Notes under the pieces: generated by a model | Database searches by the model: none | What the model saw: the letters and a program-made list of their open reading frames with translations, nothing else | Told to the model about the DNA's origin: nothing | Translations under genes and position numbers: made by a program | Source: Octopus vulgaris | Taxonomy: Eukaryota | DNA: 64,000 nucleotides | NCBI GenBank assembly: GCA_951406725.2 | Contig: OX597819.1 | Coordinates: 40,486,001 to 40,550,000, forward strand | Reading direction: 5' to 3' | Part shown: positions 1 to 14,102 of the stretch, in pieces | Layout: each line of letters starts with the position of its first letter | Numbering within the stretch: position 1 is the stretch's first letter

Positions 1-438
1 CAGGTGTCTTCTACTGTGCCCTGGGTCAACCAATATCTTGTGCACGAATTTGATAGAAGGAAACTGTGCAGAAGCCTGTTGTGTATGTGTGTGTCTTTAT
101 GCTTATCCCCTCACGACTTGACAACTGGTGTTGGTTTGTTTACGTCTCCAGAACTTAGTGGTTCAGCAAAAGAGACTGACAGAAAGAGTACCAAACTTAA
201 AAATAAGTGCTGGGGTCGATTTGTTCGGCTAAACCTCCAATTACTGAAACAAGTAAAAGATAAAAAGATAAAGTTGTCCATGCATACAATACCTCCTCTT
301 TATGCCACCAATGTTGTCAAAGAGAAAGGTAAGGAACTGATCCAGCTTGATAGAAGTCTAATTGCAGGCATTGCATTGCCATCAGGACACAGAGAACTGG
401 AGCAGATACCACAAGGAATGTCATCCAACACTAACAAC

Positions 439-815
439 GTCCCCAAAGTCCATCCCCTCCTCACCGTGGTGGGGACGCTGGCAACGGGTAGTGTCAGAGC
501 TATGCCGTCGGGAACTTCGGTTCCTGGTAGGGCCACCCAAGGCGGATTGGTCTGACACTGAGTGGTATTAGGGCCACAACCCGGCAGACGGGACTCTGGT
601 GAAAATCCTCGGAGTGTCTGCTTCGGCAACTGGTGGCTCCTCGGTCGTTCTGTCCCTGCGTCTGCGGACAATCTGCGGCAAACAGGATGTCTCCACATAC
701 AGGATTGTTGGGGACCGCTTGTGAAATCCACGTATTCCCACAAAACTTTTTCCATGAGTAGAAGCCGACTCAACCCGCCCAAGGTGAATGTCGCCACAAG
801 TACAAGTAAGTAAGT
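439..815 (+). mobile_element. Short non-autonomous RTE-derived retroelement, apparently full length
   Basis: 9-bp target-site duplication ACTAACAAC (430-438 and 816-824). 5' part (GAGCTATGCCGTCGGG...GGTAGGGCCACCCAAG) resembles RTE-clade 5' UTRs from memory. (AAGT)n tail. GC-rich relative to flanks. Confidence 0.7.
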
Positions 816-964
816 ACTAACAACCTTGCTCATCCACTACTCTAGACTAGCACCTGTTTTTCCATCCATCCCCCAAAATAATTAAAGGTGTACACAATAG
901 AGAAATTTCCAATTTATGCTCATTGCATTTTTCATTTATTAAGGTTTTTTTATGATTGGATACA

Positions 965-1372
965 TTAACCCTTTAACATTTAGATTATTCTTCAAATGTA
1001 ATGCTTATTTATTCACATTGTTTTGAATTAGTCATGTAACATCTCTTAGCTTAAAGATTTCAATGATATGATTGTTTATTTTTACAATGACATTAAAAGG
1101 TAGGTGTGAGAGGCCAAATCTACCCAGTTTGAGCATAAAACAGGTAGAATATTTGGGCCAGGTACAGCCGGTTTAACCCTTTCGTTACTGTATTTATTTT
1201 GAGATGCTCTGTGTTTCTTTCAATTATTTTAAATATAACAAAGAATTTAGTAAAATAACTTAGTCATCTTTCAGCTGGTGTTAGGAACATAAATTGTGAC
1301 TAAGGTTTGGTGGAAGATAAAACAGGTAGAATATTTGGGCCAGGTACAGCTGGCTTAAATGCTAAAGGGTCA
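965..1372. mobile_element. TTAA-CCCTTT-type MITE with a nested related copy; family members also near 8577-8803, 48975-49410, 49820-50010
   Basis: Termini ttaaccctttaacattt ... aatgctaaagggt(c)aa are inverted repeats, and the internal sequence recurs in the window. Confidence 0.6.
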
Positions 1373-1699
1373 ACCAATTTACAGAATAGACTGGGTGCAT
1401 TTTGTTGTGCCACTGGCACTAAAGAAGTTATCTACAGTGGAACTAAAGCAGCCTCTTCTACCTTGCATTAGTTCTTATTCAGAGTTACTGCTCTCTTAGA
1501 TGGGTTACCTGCATTGCAGCTTATATAGTTGACATCTCTCCCATTAATTGTTTTGCTTTTGAAACACACATACACACACAAGTGCATATATATCTTTCTT
1601 TGGAATTGGACTGTGAAGTACATATAAAGCTATAAATAATAGCAAGTAAATGTTAGGTTGAAAATCCTTTTTGGACAGAAAAAAAATCAAAGGGTTGCC

Positions 1700-2640
1700 T
1701 TTGACATCTTCATGCTTCATGGCAGTGAAACAGGGACCGTGACTGCAGAGGTCTTGCGTAGGCTTGAAAGAAATGAAGCTAGCATGATCCACTGGATGCG
1801 TAATGTCAGTGTGCACGCATAACAGAGTGTAAGTGCCCTGAGAGAAATGTTGGACATAAGAAGGATTGGATGTGGCATGCAAGAGAGACGTTTGCGTTGG
1901 TATGGATGGATGAGGAGAGCTGTGTGAAGAAGTGCCACTCCCAAACAGTGGAAGGAATCCGGGGTAGAGGTAGACCCAGGAAGACATAGATTAGGTGGTG
2001 AAGCATGACCTTTGAACATTGAGCATCACAGAGGTAATGAAGAAAGACAGAGACCTCTGGAGATATGCTGTGACTGAGAAGACCTGACAAATAAAGTGAG
2101 ATCACAGCTGTAACCTACACCAGTGTCACATAACCAGCCAACTCAAAAGGTACCCTTGGATCGTGGGGTGACATGCCGTGCTTGTGGAAACCTATTGAGT
2201 CAAGTATATCAACATAAAAATGAAATGAAATCACAATCAAATGGAAATTGCAGTTGTGGCCCCCGTACCAGTGGCATGTAAAAAGCACCATCCGCACATG
2301 GTCAATGCCATCCCCCTCGCCCCAACTAGCTTCTGTGCCGATGGCACATTAAAAGCACCATCCGAACATGGCCGATGCCAGCACTGCCTTGACCGGCTCC
2401 CATGCTGGTGGCATGTAAAAAGCACCATCCGATCGTGGTCAATGCCAGCCCCCTCTCGCTCTTATGCCAGTGGTACATAAAAAGCACCCACTACACTCTT
2501 GGAGTGGTTGGCGTTAGGAAGGGCATCCAGCTGTAGAAACACTGCCATATCAGACTGGTGCAGCCTCCTGGCTTTCTCGACCCCAGTCGAACCATCCAAC
2601 CCATGCCAGCATGGAAAATGGACGTTAAATGATGATGATG
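1700..2640 (+). mobile_element. Decayed RTE LINE 3' end followed by a repeat-containing tail with (GAT)n
   Basis: Frameshifted WYG..RR and GRGRPRKT motifs typical of the RTE ORF C-terminus. The tail family recurs many times in the window. Confidence 0.7.
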
Positions 2641-2953
2641 ATTATGATACTATGATTATTATTATTACATGCTATTATTATTAGTTTTATATGTATTTCA
2701 AGATCCAGTCCAAGAAAAGCAGAACAGAATTATTTGACATTCTTTCAAAAGTCTAAAATATATATATATATATATAGTGTCAGATTTGCCATTGTGCTTG
2801 GGTGAGCTGGCCACATAAGGGGCCTCATAATGGAGACCCATAACTTAACAAGCACAGTGCCTCATTTGTCCTAAATCCAGCACTGTAGATATATATATAT
2901 ATATATTAATATTTCTAAATCCCTCTAAAGGAGACTATGGCAGCAGTACTGGA

Positions 2954-3123
2954 TATTAATAGTTATCGCCAAGCTAATATGGCAGTCCAGAAATATAGGA
3001 CAAATGCTGCCGCTGATTTGTGTCACATAGTTAGCTAGAGGTGATGGCCTCTTGGAGCTAATCAATGGCAGCATTTGTCCTATATTTCTGGACTGCCATA
3101 TTAGCTTGGTGACAACTATTAAT

Positions 3124-3124
<1 letters not shown>
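2954..3124. mobile_element. Hairpin MITE with about 59-bp inverted arms
   Basis: tattaatagttatcgccaagctaatatggcagtccagaaatataggacaaatgctgcc and its near-perfect reverse complement, flanking a short spacer. Confidence 0.75.
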
Positions 3125-3158
<34 letters not shown>

Positions 3159-3681
3159 GGATGCCAGCATGGAAAACGGACATTAAATGATGACAATGGT
3201 TTTGTAGTTATAAGATTATAAAACCTGTGAACATTTTGTGGCCCCCGTACCAGTGGCATGTAAAAAGCACCATCCGCACATGGTCAATGCCATCCCCCTT
3301 GCCCCAACTAGCTTAAAGAGTCAGATGTTATTAATTTTATTGTCAGTGACTTTGAAATTTTGCCAGTAGCTGGTGTCATCTGATGAAGGAGCAAAAACTC
3401 ATGAAATATGGCATTACCCATTTTTCATCTTTGATCTCAGTGTTGTTTACATCAGGTGTCTTGGATACAAAATGTCACAGCTGTAGAAGCCAAGCCAAAT
3501 CAGACTGCAGCCTGGTGTAGCTCCCCAGCTTGCTAGATCTGGTCAATCTGTCCAACCAAAGCCAGTATGGAAAACGGACATTAAAGGATGATGATGATGC
3601 TGATGACAGTGATATCTTTTTCTGAGGACATTTGGTCAACGTTCCAGTTTTCATGCAATTGTAAAGTGAAATACTTCGTTT

Positions 3682-3712
<31 letters not shown>

Positions 3713-6700
3713 GACTGTGTTTATATAAATGTACTCTAACGCTATTATTGAAATGTCAATGCTAAATTGCCCTTTATTCAACTTCTCTCTCCTTAAATAA
3801 ACATAGTTACCATACAACACCTAATGAGCAACATTCCAATTTGGGAACATAAAACAGCATTCATAAAAAGCACATAAATCATATCAACACACATCCATGA
3901 GAATGTTAATGTACATTCTTAAATGTTGGTATAAGTTTAACTTTTCTTAAATATTTCCCATTTGGACATTTTGTTTTGCTGTTGTTTTTTCTTTCTTTCT
4001 TTTCTTTTGAACTCAAATGATTACTCAGTTTAATTCACTTTAAATTCTCATTCAGCTGTTCATTATGTCTGCTTCCTGTTTTAGTTTAATGTACATAATT
4101 GTGTGTAAAGTAACATTTTGCAAGGAGAAGAAAGAAAGAATGAATGAATGAATGAACGTGTATGCGACATGTGTATACCCAAATTCTTGTTGCTGTGAAT
4201 TACTAAAAACTAGTTTCTACTAACAATACATGAAAAAAACATCAAGGCCAGCCATCATCATGTGAGTAAGCTTAGTTTGAGTCAGAACGAGTTTCTATAA
4301 AGTTAGCTCGACCTGGAAGAAACAGGAACCAAATTTCCATCAAATCATATTCATCTCAAGAAAAGCGAAGGGCACATAGAGTAATCCAAGATACCTTGCA
4401 GGAGTTGACCTGCAGCTAAACAGTAACAATACCTTAATTTAAACCCAGAAAGACGTGTTGGTGGTGTTTTCTGTTTACTGTTCAATAAATCGATTACTTT
4501 CATTGTAAAGATTCAGCACACCACACTCTACTCTTTGACATTCATCTTTAATTAATCGCTAAATAATTGATTTCTGAAGCAGACACAAAAATTCATATTT
4601 GTTACAGCAACAGAAGTGAGATGATGTTATGTTTATGCTTTCCCTCCATCCCTAGGACAATTGATATAAACGAAATGAATTGGAATGGGTCCAGAGTTGG
4701 CTGTCCTAACAGCTTCGCTTGCTTATGAAGCTGTTATACAAGTCTAGAAAGTTGACATTTTTTTAAATAAAGTTTACCGCATTTTGGTGTACGTGTGTGA
4801 AGAACAATGTAGATAAGGTAACTATACGCACTGTTGCGCATTACAAGCAGGAAACTAAACAAGTCCGGTTCTATTGATTTAAAACCTTATCTCCACTCCT
4901 AAATTACCGCGGGAAATTCCTTAACTACTTTGATCAATTTGTAAAACGTCAAAGATTTGTTTACAAACTGACAAAATCCAGTATAAAATACACATACACG
5001 CAACAAGCAGACAAAAGGATCGATACTGTAGGAAAAGAGCGCAACGAAACACCAAATTAACGTAAATAAAACAATACTTACATCGGTAAAGAATGACAAA
5101 TATAAAAACTACTGCCGAATAGATTATATCAAGGAGATTGGTCAGACAGACTTTAAAAGAGGAACCAACTAATTTGACAGCAACGTGACAATGACACTTA
5201 TCTATATAACAATCGTTTATTTATAATTAGATTATATCATATTCCAAAGTTCAAATAAAGGCATATAAAGTGTGTGTGTGTGAATATATATTATATGTGT
5301 GTACGTGTGTGGAAATATGCGCGAGTCTTTGACGCTTGGAAAAGGTATCAGAGCACCTCAGAGAAAATAATACTTACGTAAGGTTTTTAAATAAAAGTAT
5401 ATGAGAAGATTTTTTATTTAAATACCTATTTCTTTATTACCCACAAGGGGCTAAAGACAGAGGGGACAAAACAAGGACAGGTATTTATTTAAATACCAAA
5501 CAAGGACAGGTATTTATTTAAATACCGCTTACAATAAACAACAGTTATGTTCTTCATCCTTTCCTGCACAACAGAATAAAATACCGGTCAAATACAGGGA
5601 CGACGGAATCGATTAACCCGCCCAATACTCAAAATTGCAGGACTTCTGCCAGTTTTTCAGCTTTTCAGAGTCGATAAAATAAAGTACTAGTTAAATAACA
5701 GGGTCGATATCATCGACTAACCGCCTTCGCCTAAAATCATTTGCCTGTTGACAAATTTTGAAACAATTATTATTGCCTAATAAGTATTTTCTTGAAAAAA
5801 TTGTATTGTGAACGTATCTCTGTATCTAGCAGCTTTCTAATATTCTATGAGGTTAAATAAACCTCACCATTTCTGATTGTATACAGATTGAACGTGTGTC
5901 GATGGGGTAATATGTTTGAGGGTTTTATTTTCTTTTTAATATATATGAGCAATATTGCTGAATAGTCACGAGGCCCTATTCTATAGAACATGGAACTGTG
6001 GCAGTTACATCTCACTCAAAGGTACCAGCGATTTAAATAAATTTGTAACTAAGAACGGAAACCGGTTTGTCCTTCGGTTCGCCGGGTAGTTATCGCATCT
6101 TCCCGGCACTCAATACGGTGGGTTTCTAGTTATATATCGCAGACATACCAGCATCACACTACATACTATATTTAGAAAGTTGTCAGATTCTTCGTAAATT
6201 AAAATGCAGATAATAAACACACGTACCTTGTTCGTTGTTTAGAAAAAGAAAGACTGTTAGAGGTGAGTGTTAGGCAGTTCCTGTTATTTCGAATATTCAC
6301 TGAAAGTTTTCCTCAGCAATTTTCAGTTGTTGATAAAGATTAATCTCATATCCTCAAAGAACTAGCGGAGACCTTGTTTACATGATGACGAGGTCACCGA
6401 GACAGCGTGGAATCTATGTAAGGGAGGCAACCACGGAAATTAAGTGGAAGCAATTCAAGCTCAAATTTCTCACTCCACGCATCTGTCTGTCTGTCTATCT
6501 GTCTTTCTTTCCTTCTTTCTTATTTTCTTTCTTTCTTCTTTTCTTTATTTCCCTCTTTCTTTTTCTCTTCTTTCCTCACCCTCTATTTTTCTCTTTCTGT
6601 GTTTCTCTCACTCTCTATTTATCTCTGTCCCTTTCTTTCTTTCCTTCTTTCCTTAAGAGATGCCCTTGACCTTTCCACATCCGGCTAGACTGGGAAGGTT

Positions 6701-9700
6701 AATGCGGCGTATACCAAGCCATAACTATCTCCAGGACAATATATCCATTGGAAAAATTGTTGGAGGAGACGGGTGTTAGGAACAGAGTTACAGAATTAAA
6801 AATATAAAGCACGTACATTATTTAAGAAATTTTTTTTTCGAAACTGATTTCTAATTTCCCTTTTAATCTGTTACGATAGAAATAAAATAAAATGTTAGAA
6901 TTTATCATTTTATCGATCACTTAATTTTTCATTTGTTTTGGCTAAGCAGGTTATTTTTGGAAATGCTATGACCTTTCTGCTTTCCCTTTAGGTAAAATAT
7001 TTTAAGCAAAATATAATAACTAGGCTTCAACTTAGAATCAAAGACCATAATATCTAATCGATCTACTAAGAGCTTCATTGGTGCTCTATAATGCTGACCA
7101 TTTATAACAACACTATTCTTTTGAGTTAACGCGGGAGCCTCTGTGCAATTCATTTGACTGGCTAGAAATAACAGTCAAATCTTTCTCAAACGACAACCCT
7201 ACCGTCTGGAGAAAAGAAAAGATATGCTGGATAATCTGTACATACTCCTAAAATTGGAATGCTCATAGGTGGAATGCCTTTCATCATAGAGCAATATGAT
7301 AGACTGGTTTAATAGTTCACTTCACAATCACGTGGACATGAGTTTGATCTTATTGTTTAGCATTTTGAGCAAGTGTAAGGCAGATCCAACCTTGTGAGTG
7401 AAATTGAGTACAGAGAAACTGTATGGAAACCTGTTTGATAGATTTTACCTTTACTCTAAAGGCCCAACCTTGTCACACTGTGTCATGACAGACACCAAAA
7501 GTGAAACAATTTACAAAGTTGAGACTTAGTTTAAACAATGTTCCCCTTGGAAATGAAATGGCTAATGCCATGAATGGTGCTGCCTTTATGGAAAAGAGAT
7601 ATAGGGAGTTCATTGATTACTTTAAAAATACTGTGTCTAATGTTCCTTGAATACGCTGCATAGTTTGTTATCAACATTTGGTTGGAAACAAATGGAAGGG
7701 CATATTTTATTGGTTTTATTTGCTGGGTCTGGATGAAGAGGAAGTGCCTATTGTTTTGATGACTTTCCTAGACAATTGAGATTGATACTGTTAATTAATG
7801 CTCTTTTTTGGATGTTTGTAAATCACCAGCTGAAGGATGAACATGAGCAAGAAGGGAATTTCAAAGAGCAGATGTTCTGAGAAGGAAGGGTTGGATGTAG
7901 TGACATGTGCAGGATTTGGGGAGGGGGAAGAGTTGGATACAACAAGGATGATGTGAGGAAGAGAGATGAGCTACAAGAATGTTTGGGCAGAGGAGTGATG
8001 AGCCTAACCAACTCTGAGCAACAAAGGGATTATAGTTGTGATAGAAAGCAAACCAGAGGAAGGCAGTATACTTGAGGTCTAGAAGCTGGAGTGTGTCTGT
8101 GAATAAATTTATGCCTTTACTATTGTTCAGTGATGTCTTTTACAGGGTCTTTGTGACGCAAATGACAAGATCAAATGCCTACTGATATGATGTAAGGTGT
8201 AATGGTTATCAAAAAGTAATTGCCTGTGTTGTTTTGTGTCATTTCCAATAGTAAGTAGCTTGGTGACCAGCTGGCTGTTGCCAGATATGTTTTTAACTCT
8301 CATTTATATTTCAGGAGTTAGAATTGCTGAATAAACAATTTCAAAGAGAAAAACTATATTTCCTTATCTTATTACTGATAAACTCAAATTATTCAGAGTC
8401 AATATAAGGTGCTGCTGTTTGATACAGTTTTTGACTCTGGCTTATTATTAATACTGAACTGCAAGGCTATAATCTTTCTGCGATGTTGAGTTCTGTGGAA
8501 GCATTTGTACAGTGATATGAAAATTCAGTTCAATGACTTGCTAGAGATAAGCATTTGAAGTTCAACAGTGAATCCATTTACCCTTTAGCATTTATGTAAT
8601 TTTATGTGAAGTAATACTTATTTATTCATATTGTTTTGAATTAATCATGCATTATTTTGTGGCTATGAAAGTTTGATGAGGTAACTGTTACCTTTTTGAA
8701 TGGTACTGTAGGGTTGGTGTGAGAGGAAAGATCTGACCAGCTGGAGCATAAAGCAGTTAGAATATTTTGGATGGATATGGTCAGTTTAAATGGTAAAGGG
8801 TTGAAGAATACACAACTTTACTGGAAATTCTCTTTGATTTACAGAGTGATGAAACAGCTCAAGCTGGATTTAAACATGGAAAATATAATTTATGGAAATG
8901 TAATGAAAATGTTTGAAAGTCTCTACTTCTCTAAGATAAACTAAATTTGTATTTTAATGCCTTTCTCACTTCTTGCATTGTTGAATCTCGGTTTAGATGA
9001 TTGACTTATTATCAAAAGCTTGCAATCACGTTGATATTGTAAAGCAAGGTGATCTTCATTTCCTCACTATCAATATTGCAGTTGGATATTGAATAAATTG
9101 CAAATTTGCATCAGTAACATAGTTCACATTGAATAAAGGACCAATCATAAGAGTATTTTTTATAACCATATATTTTACGCTTTTGGTGAATAAAATACAC
9201 ATTCTAAAAGATAATTTGTAGCAGTTTTTATAGCTTTATGCTTTTATGATATTTTATTTATTAAATTTTTACAATTTTAACAATTTTATTAGCATAGATA
9301 AAATTGTTAAAATATAGCTGCATTTAATATACAAGGGGTAACATTATATATTTTCCCATTATTTATTTTTTTTTTTTTAATATCTATCATACAAAAAGGT
9401 TTCTTCTACAACTAAATAGTAGTTACCAATTCACTGATAACTGCTTACCAAAAGTTTCACCTGAAAGTCTTCATTTCCCCCTCTTACTTTTACTACTTTC
9501 TAGAACCAGTTAGAGTACTAAACTGAGAAATCTCTCAAAAACCAAAACAAAAGAGAAAAAAATTAAATAAAAGAAAATGGAAGGCTGATGAGTACTTGGT
9601 GCTGTCTGAACATTTGAGTATCTTGCTGTCATGTTATCTCTACTTTTCTCATCATTTTCTCATTGCTGATGTAAGTTTGTGTGAGAGGCAAGATCTGACC

Positions 9701-10507
9701 AGCTGGAACATAAAGCAGGTAGAATATTTTGGATGGATATTGTCAGTTTAAATGGTAAAGGGTTAAAGAATTGGTGCCCCAGCATGGCCGCAGGATCTTT
9801 AATGCTTTCTGCCACATCTCATTGCACAGAACATAAGAGATAAATAAAAACAAGGCTTTGTAATGTAGCCAACCTTTACTTGCATACTAAGTTCCACAAC
9901 ACATTCTCTAGTGATACTGTTCTGATGTCAAGGAAATATCTTTTTTAATGTTTGACTTATGCTAGTGTTTGGGTGCGACTGTACTCACATTGTCACAGTT
10001 TTGGTTTAATCACTGTTAATAAATAACACAGCTTAAACAGTTATGCTTGTTAGGTATCTGTTAACATTTTGAATGACTTAGCTGGGTGGTGTCATCCAAA
10101 AAATTTTCAGAAGTGAACTGCTGTCATTTTCATTTAATGGTAAATGCCATGTTTCTTGTCTTTTTCCCTTTTTATGAAATAAATCACAACGAAGAAAATA
10201 AAACATGATACAAGACTGCCTTATGTTAGATATTATGTCACATATTTTGATTTTCAAGATGTCTTTCTAATTGGCCATTCCCATAGAAACTATTTCCAAA
10301 ATAATGGAAATTAGTCAAAAATAACAACATCAACAATAATGGTTTCAAAGTTTGCCACAAGAGTAGCAATTTTGTGGGAGGCAATGAGTCAATTACATCA
10401 GCCCCAGTCTTCAACTGGTACTTATTTTATCGACCCCAAAAGAATGAAAGGCAAAGTCGGCCTCAATGTGTCATCCAGCATGCTAATGATTCTGTCAGCT
10501 TGTTGCC

Positions 10508-10508
<1 letters not shown>

Positions 10509-10568
<60 letters not shown>

Positions 10569-10573
10569 TGATG

Positions 10574-10641
<68 letters not shown>
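10509..10641. repeat. Compound microsatellite (TAA)n-(GAT)n-(TAT)n
   Basis: Read directly from the sequence; the two halves are complementary. Confidence 0.95.
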
Positions 10642-10642
<1 letters not shown>

Positions 10643-10719
10643 TCAAATTTTGTCACAAGGCCAGGAATTTTAAGAGGACAGGATAAGTCAATCACATTGA
10701 CCCTAGTGTTCAACTGGTA

Positions 10720-11058
10720 CTTGTAAGCATGTCCACGAGTGTTTGACATATGGAATTCAAAAAGTGCCCAAGTTTTGAAAAGATGGTGGATAATCTTGTA
10801 GGTGTCTACCAAGTCAGTCGCCAGACATCAGAGCTTTATTGTGTCTGTGCCCAGGAAAGCAAGACTTTCAGAGTATGGTGGGTATTTGTTTAGTTGCATG
10901 TTTCTGAACACTTTCCAGGAGACTGATATGTTGAGCAAGATGGGGGTTCCAGACTGGTGATGCAAACTCTAAGTGTGGACATACATACAGCTTTAAAAAG
11001 ATACCTGGAAAGCAGCTGACAGAGGTCTTACTGAGTGATGCTAAGACACCCTCAGCCT
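10720..11058 (-). mobile_element. CR1/L2-group LINE C-terminal fragment
   Basis: Minus-strand remnants resembling PVWNPH...LESVQKHAT and NTRGHAYK. Confidence 0.65.
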
Positions 11059-11060
11059 AT

Positions 11061-11500
11061 CTATATATATAAAACTGAGAATGTGTGTCTGTCTGTTTGT
11101 TTGCCTGTATGTGTGCATTACTAAAACTTGAGAACTACCCAACCAATTTCATTCAAATTTTACATACACACTACTTAGGGTCCATGGAATATCATGGGCC
11201 AAGAGAATTTCAACTTCTTGCCTAATGCAAGCCCAGAGCAATCTCTTACACTGTTTCATTTTTACGTGTCAAAAGTGAAACAATAACATCACTATTGTAA
11301 TGTGAGATAATAGTTTCAGTTCTAACAGTTTCACTATAAATAGTTAATAAATTAGAAGCAACTTCTTTTTTTTTTCAGGGTTTGTTTTTGCACTGGTGTT
11401 TGTCGAAAGAATACCTAATTTTTTTCTAAAAGATAGATTAAACTAAATACAATAAAAAAATAATTTAAGTAAAATATTCATTATAAATCTCATTTCATAA
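11061..11500 (+). mobile_element. Possible non-autonomous Helitron 5' fragment
   Basis: Starts aTCTATATATATAAAA followed by GTCT-type repeats, a common 5' end of animal non-autonomous Helitrons; 3' end not identified. Confidence 0.35.
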
Positions 11501-11514
11501 AAAGAAAATAAGAT

Positions 11515-11840
11515 TCTATATGTCTAACACTCATGGGCATGCTTACAAAATCAGAAAACAACACAGCACCCATGACATTCAGAAACATTTTTTCACACTT
11601 GGAATTGCTGAAGCATGGAATAAACTACCTGCATCAGTTGTTAGCTGTCAGGTCACTACATCCTTCAAAACTTCCATGCTTCCCGAAATTCACCAACAGT
11701 ACACTTGATGCCTCCACTCCCATTTTTTTTTCTTAAGACTTTTTTACTGTTCACTTCCTGTGCATATTTTATGTACTGTTCATGCAGTTTTTGTTACTTT
11801 TTCTGATGAGTTGTAGCTCACCTAAGTAATGTATACAATT
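11515..11840 (+). mobile_element. CR1/L2-group LINE 3' end
   Basis: NTHGHAYKIRKQ...KHFFT....AWNKLP fits the TRGH..K...FF...WN.LP terminal motif. Confidence 0.7.
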
Positions 11841-12475
11841 TTCTTTTATCTTTTACTTGTTTCAGTCATTTGACTGTGGCCATGCTGGGGCATCACCTTG
11901 AAGGGTTTTAACTGAACAAATCAACCCCTGGAGTTATTATTTCTTTTTTAAGCCAATACTTATTATTTCAATCTCTTTTGCCGAACCGCTAAGTTATGAG
12001 GACATAAACACACTAACATGAGTTGTCAAGTGGTGATTGGGGACAAACAAAGACACACATACACACATATATATACATGATGGGATTCCTTCAATTTCTG
12101 TCAACCAAATCCATTCACAAGGCTTTGGTCAGCTTGAAGCTGCAGTAGAAGTCACTTACCCAAGGTGTCACACTGTGGGACTGAACCCAAAACCATGTGG
12201 TTGGGAAGCAAGCTTCTTATCACATAGCCACACTTGTGATATTATAAAGGAAAGTCTGTAAGAGTTGTTGAGTTCAGATGGGAAAAGAGCAGCTGGTCTA
12301 ACTCAGTGTTTCTCAAGGTGGAGTGTAGCAATATGAATGACCTTGGGATTGCACCTAGAAAGTTACCCTCCAAGGCACAAGTCTCGGCAAGGTTCTTTAT
12401 GGAAGACCAGCAGTCACCCTTGCATGCCACTGGTATTATCCAAGAGAAATGCCGATACAGTTTGGCACCAGTGAG

Positions 12476-12790
12476 CATCATCATCGTTTAACGTCCGTTT
12501 TCCGCGCTAGCACAGGTTGGACAGTTCGACCGGGGTCTGGGAAGCCAGGAGGCTGCACCAGGCCCCAGTCTTATCTGGCAGCATTTCTACAGCTGGATGC
12601 CCTTCCTAACGCCAACCACTCCGTGAGTGTAGTGGGTGCTTTTTACGTGCCACCGGCACAGGTGCCAGGGGAGTCTGGCAGGGGCCACGATCGGTTGGTG
12701 CTTTTAACGTGCCACTGGCATGGAAGCCAGTCGAGGCGGCGCTGGTATCGGCCACGTTTGGATGGTGCTTTTTACATGCCACTGGCACAG
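12476..12790 (-). mobile_element. Dispersed repeat with (GAT)n tail and internal roughly 60-bp tandem units; copies at about 19170-19430, 24650-24985, 25381-25740, 48490-48683
   Basis: Shared core ggaagggcatccagctgtagaaac...ccatgctagcatggaaaacggacgttaaacgatgatgat in many copies. Confidence 0.8.
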
Positions 12791-14102
12791 ATTGCAACTT
12801 ATTTCTACATGTGAGTGGACTGGAGCAACATGAAATAAAGTGTCTTGCCCAAGAACAAAACACACCACCCAGTCCAGGAATCAAACTCACTACCTCATGA
12901 TTATCAGCCCAATGCTTTAACCACTGAGCCATGTAGTTTGGTGGGGACATAAGTAAGTAACAAGTGAATAAATCTTGCAATAAAGTTTTAGTTAAATCTT
13001 TTTTTCAAAATCTTCTTGGATTTCTGTTTTCAACAACAACCGTTACAATTTTGCTCTCCAAAACAGCATTTCAAGTTTATAATTTCCTCACCAACCGATT
13101 TTTTTTTTTTTGTTTTTCATTTAAAAATTTCAGTTTTTCAAAAAATTTCTTCCTCTTACTACGAGTCCTCAAAATACCCACCCACTTCATCCCCGTACCA
13201 GCATTATATTTATTCAGTCATTTGTTCATGTGTAAAAGCTTGTTAAACCAACTGATGAAATTAGAGAAGTGTCAATATAGTCCTGCCACATGCTAGAAAT
13301 AACAGCCAAACCACTGAAAAAAGATTGTCATACAAGTGATAAAACAGGAAAAGCAATTTGAAACAGTGAAAAATCATTAAGTGCCCAATGAGGATGATGA
13401 AGGATGGGGTGTCTCAGACGTTTTGACTTTAGGACGTAATGAAGATCGGTGAAGTAACTACATGTGCCAGTTGCATGGAATGTTAAAAAGAAAAAAAACC
13501 CAAAAACCCAATTATGTTCCAAAGTTTAAATATTAGAAGAAATCTAGAAAACCATTGTTTATTTTAATTTATTAATCAAAATTATGCATAATATGTTTTA
13601 AGATGATAAAAGCCTAAGTCCTTTAACATTTCAACTTGCCATATCAGACCCATATACTCTTTCCCTTTATGTTCAAAACTGCCCAGCTCAGGCCTTTCAC
13701 ACACCCTGGTCATATCATTTGAGGCATAATACAGAAGTGTGTCCCCACTCCAACTTTGCTGTCTCATAATTGCCAGATAAACAGATAGTTTTTAAATGAA
13801 ATTTTCTACAAGTACACTTCAGATGATGCAGATTCTGGTTATATCAGAATTTACTGTCAAAAATATTTTCTCAGGGTGGAGAGAGGAGTTTCAGGAAATC
13901 CACATGAGCTGACTTTGTTTCCTCATAACTTTCAGAAAAATGAAATTTTCTACAAATACCTTTCAGATGCTGTACATTATGATTATACTGGAATTTAATA
14001 AGAAAAAAAAAACTGGTGGGCTCACACACATTCACACTGACATGATATCTATATATAAATATATATAGTACCATGGGCAGGACTCACAAGAGGGGTTGGT
14101 CA

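Noticed and set aside
4-833. Overlapping 183-aa and 177-aa ORFs
   Set aside because: They span a SINE and a GC-rich retroelement with a TSD and show no protein-like motif.
3375-3420. CTGATGA...GAAA hammerhead-like core
   Set aside because: Stems I and III do not close convincingly; at most a decayed Penelope-type remnant.
5070-6420. Minus-strand donor-like sites near 5081 and 6226 with CpG-richer flanks, possibly 5' UTR exons of an upstream gene
   Set aside because: No coding frame or matching acceptors found; cannot be supported without transcripts.
10339-10812. Poly-N/Y/I ORFs
   Set aside because: Translations of microsatellites.
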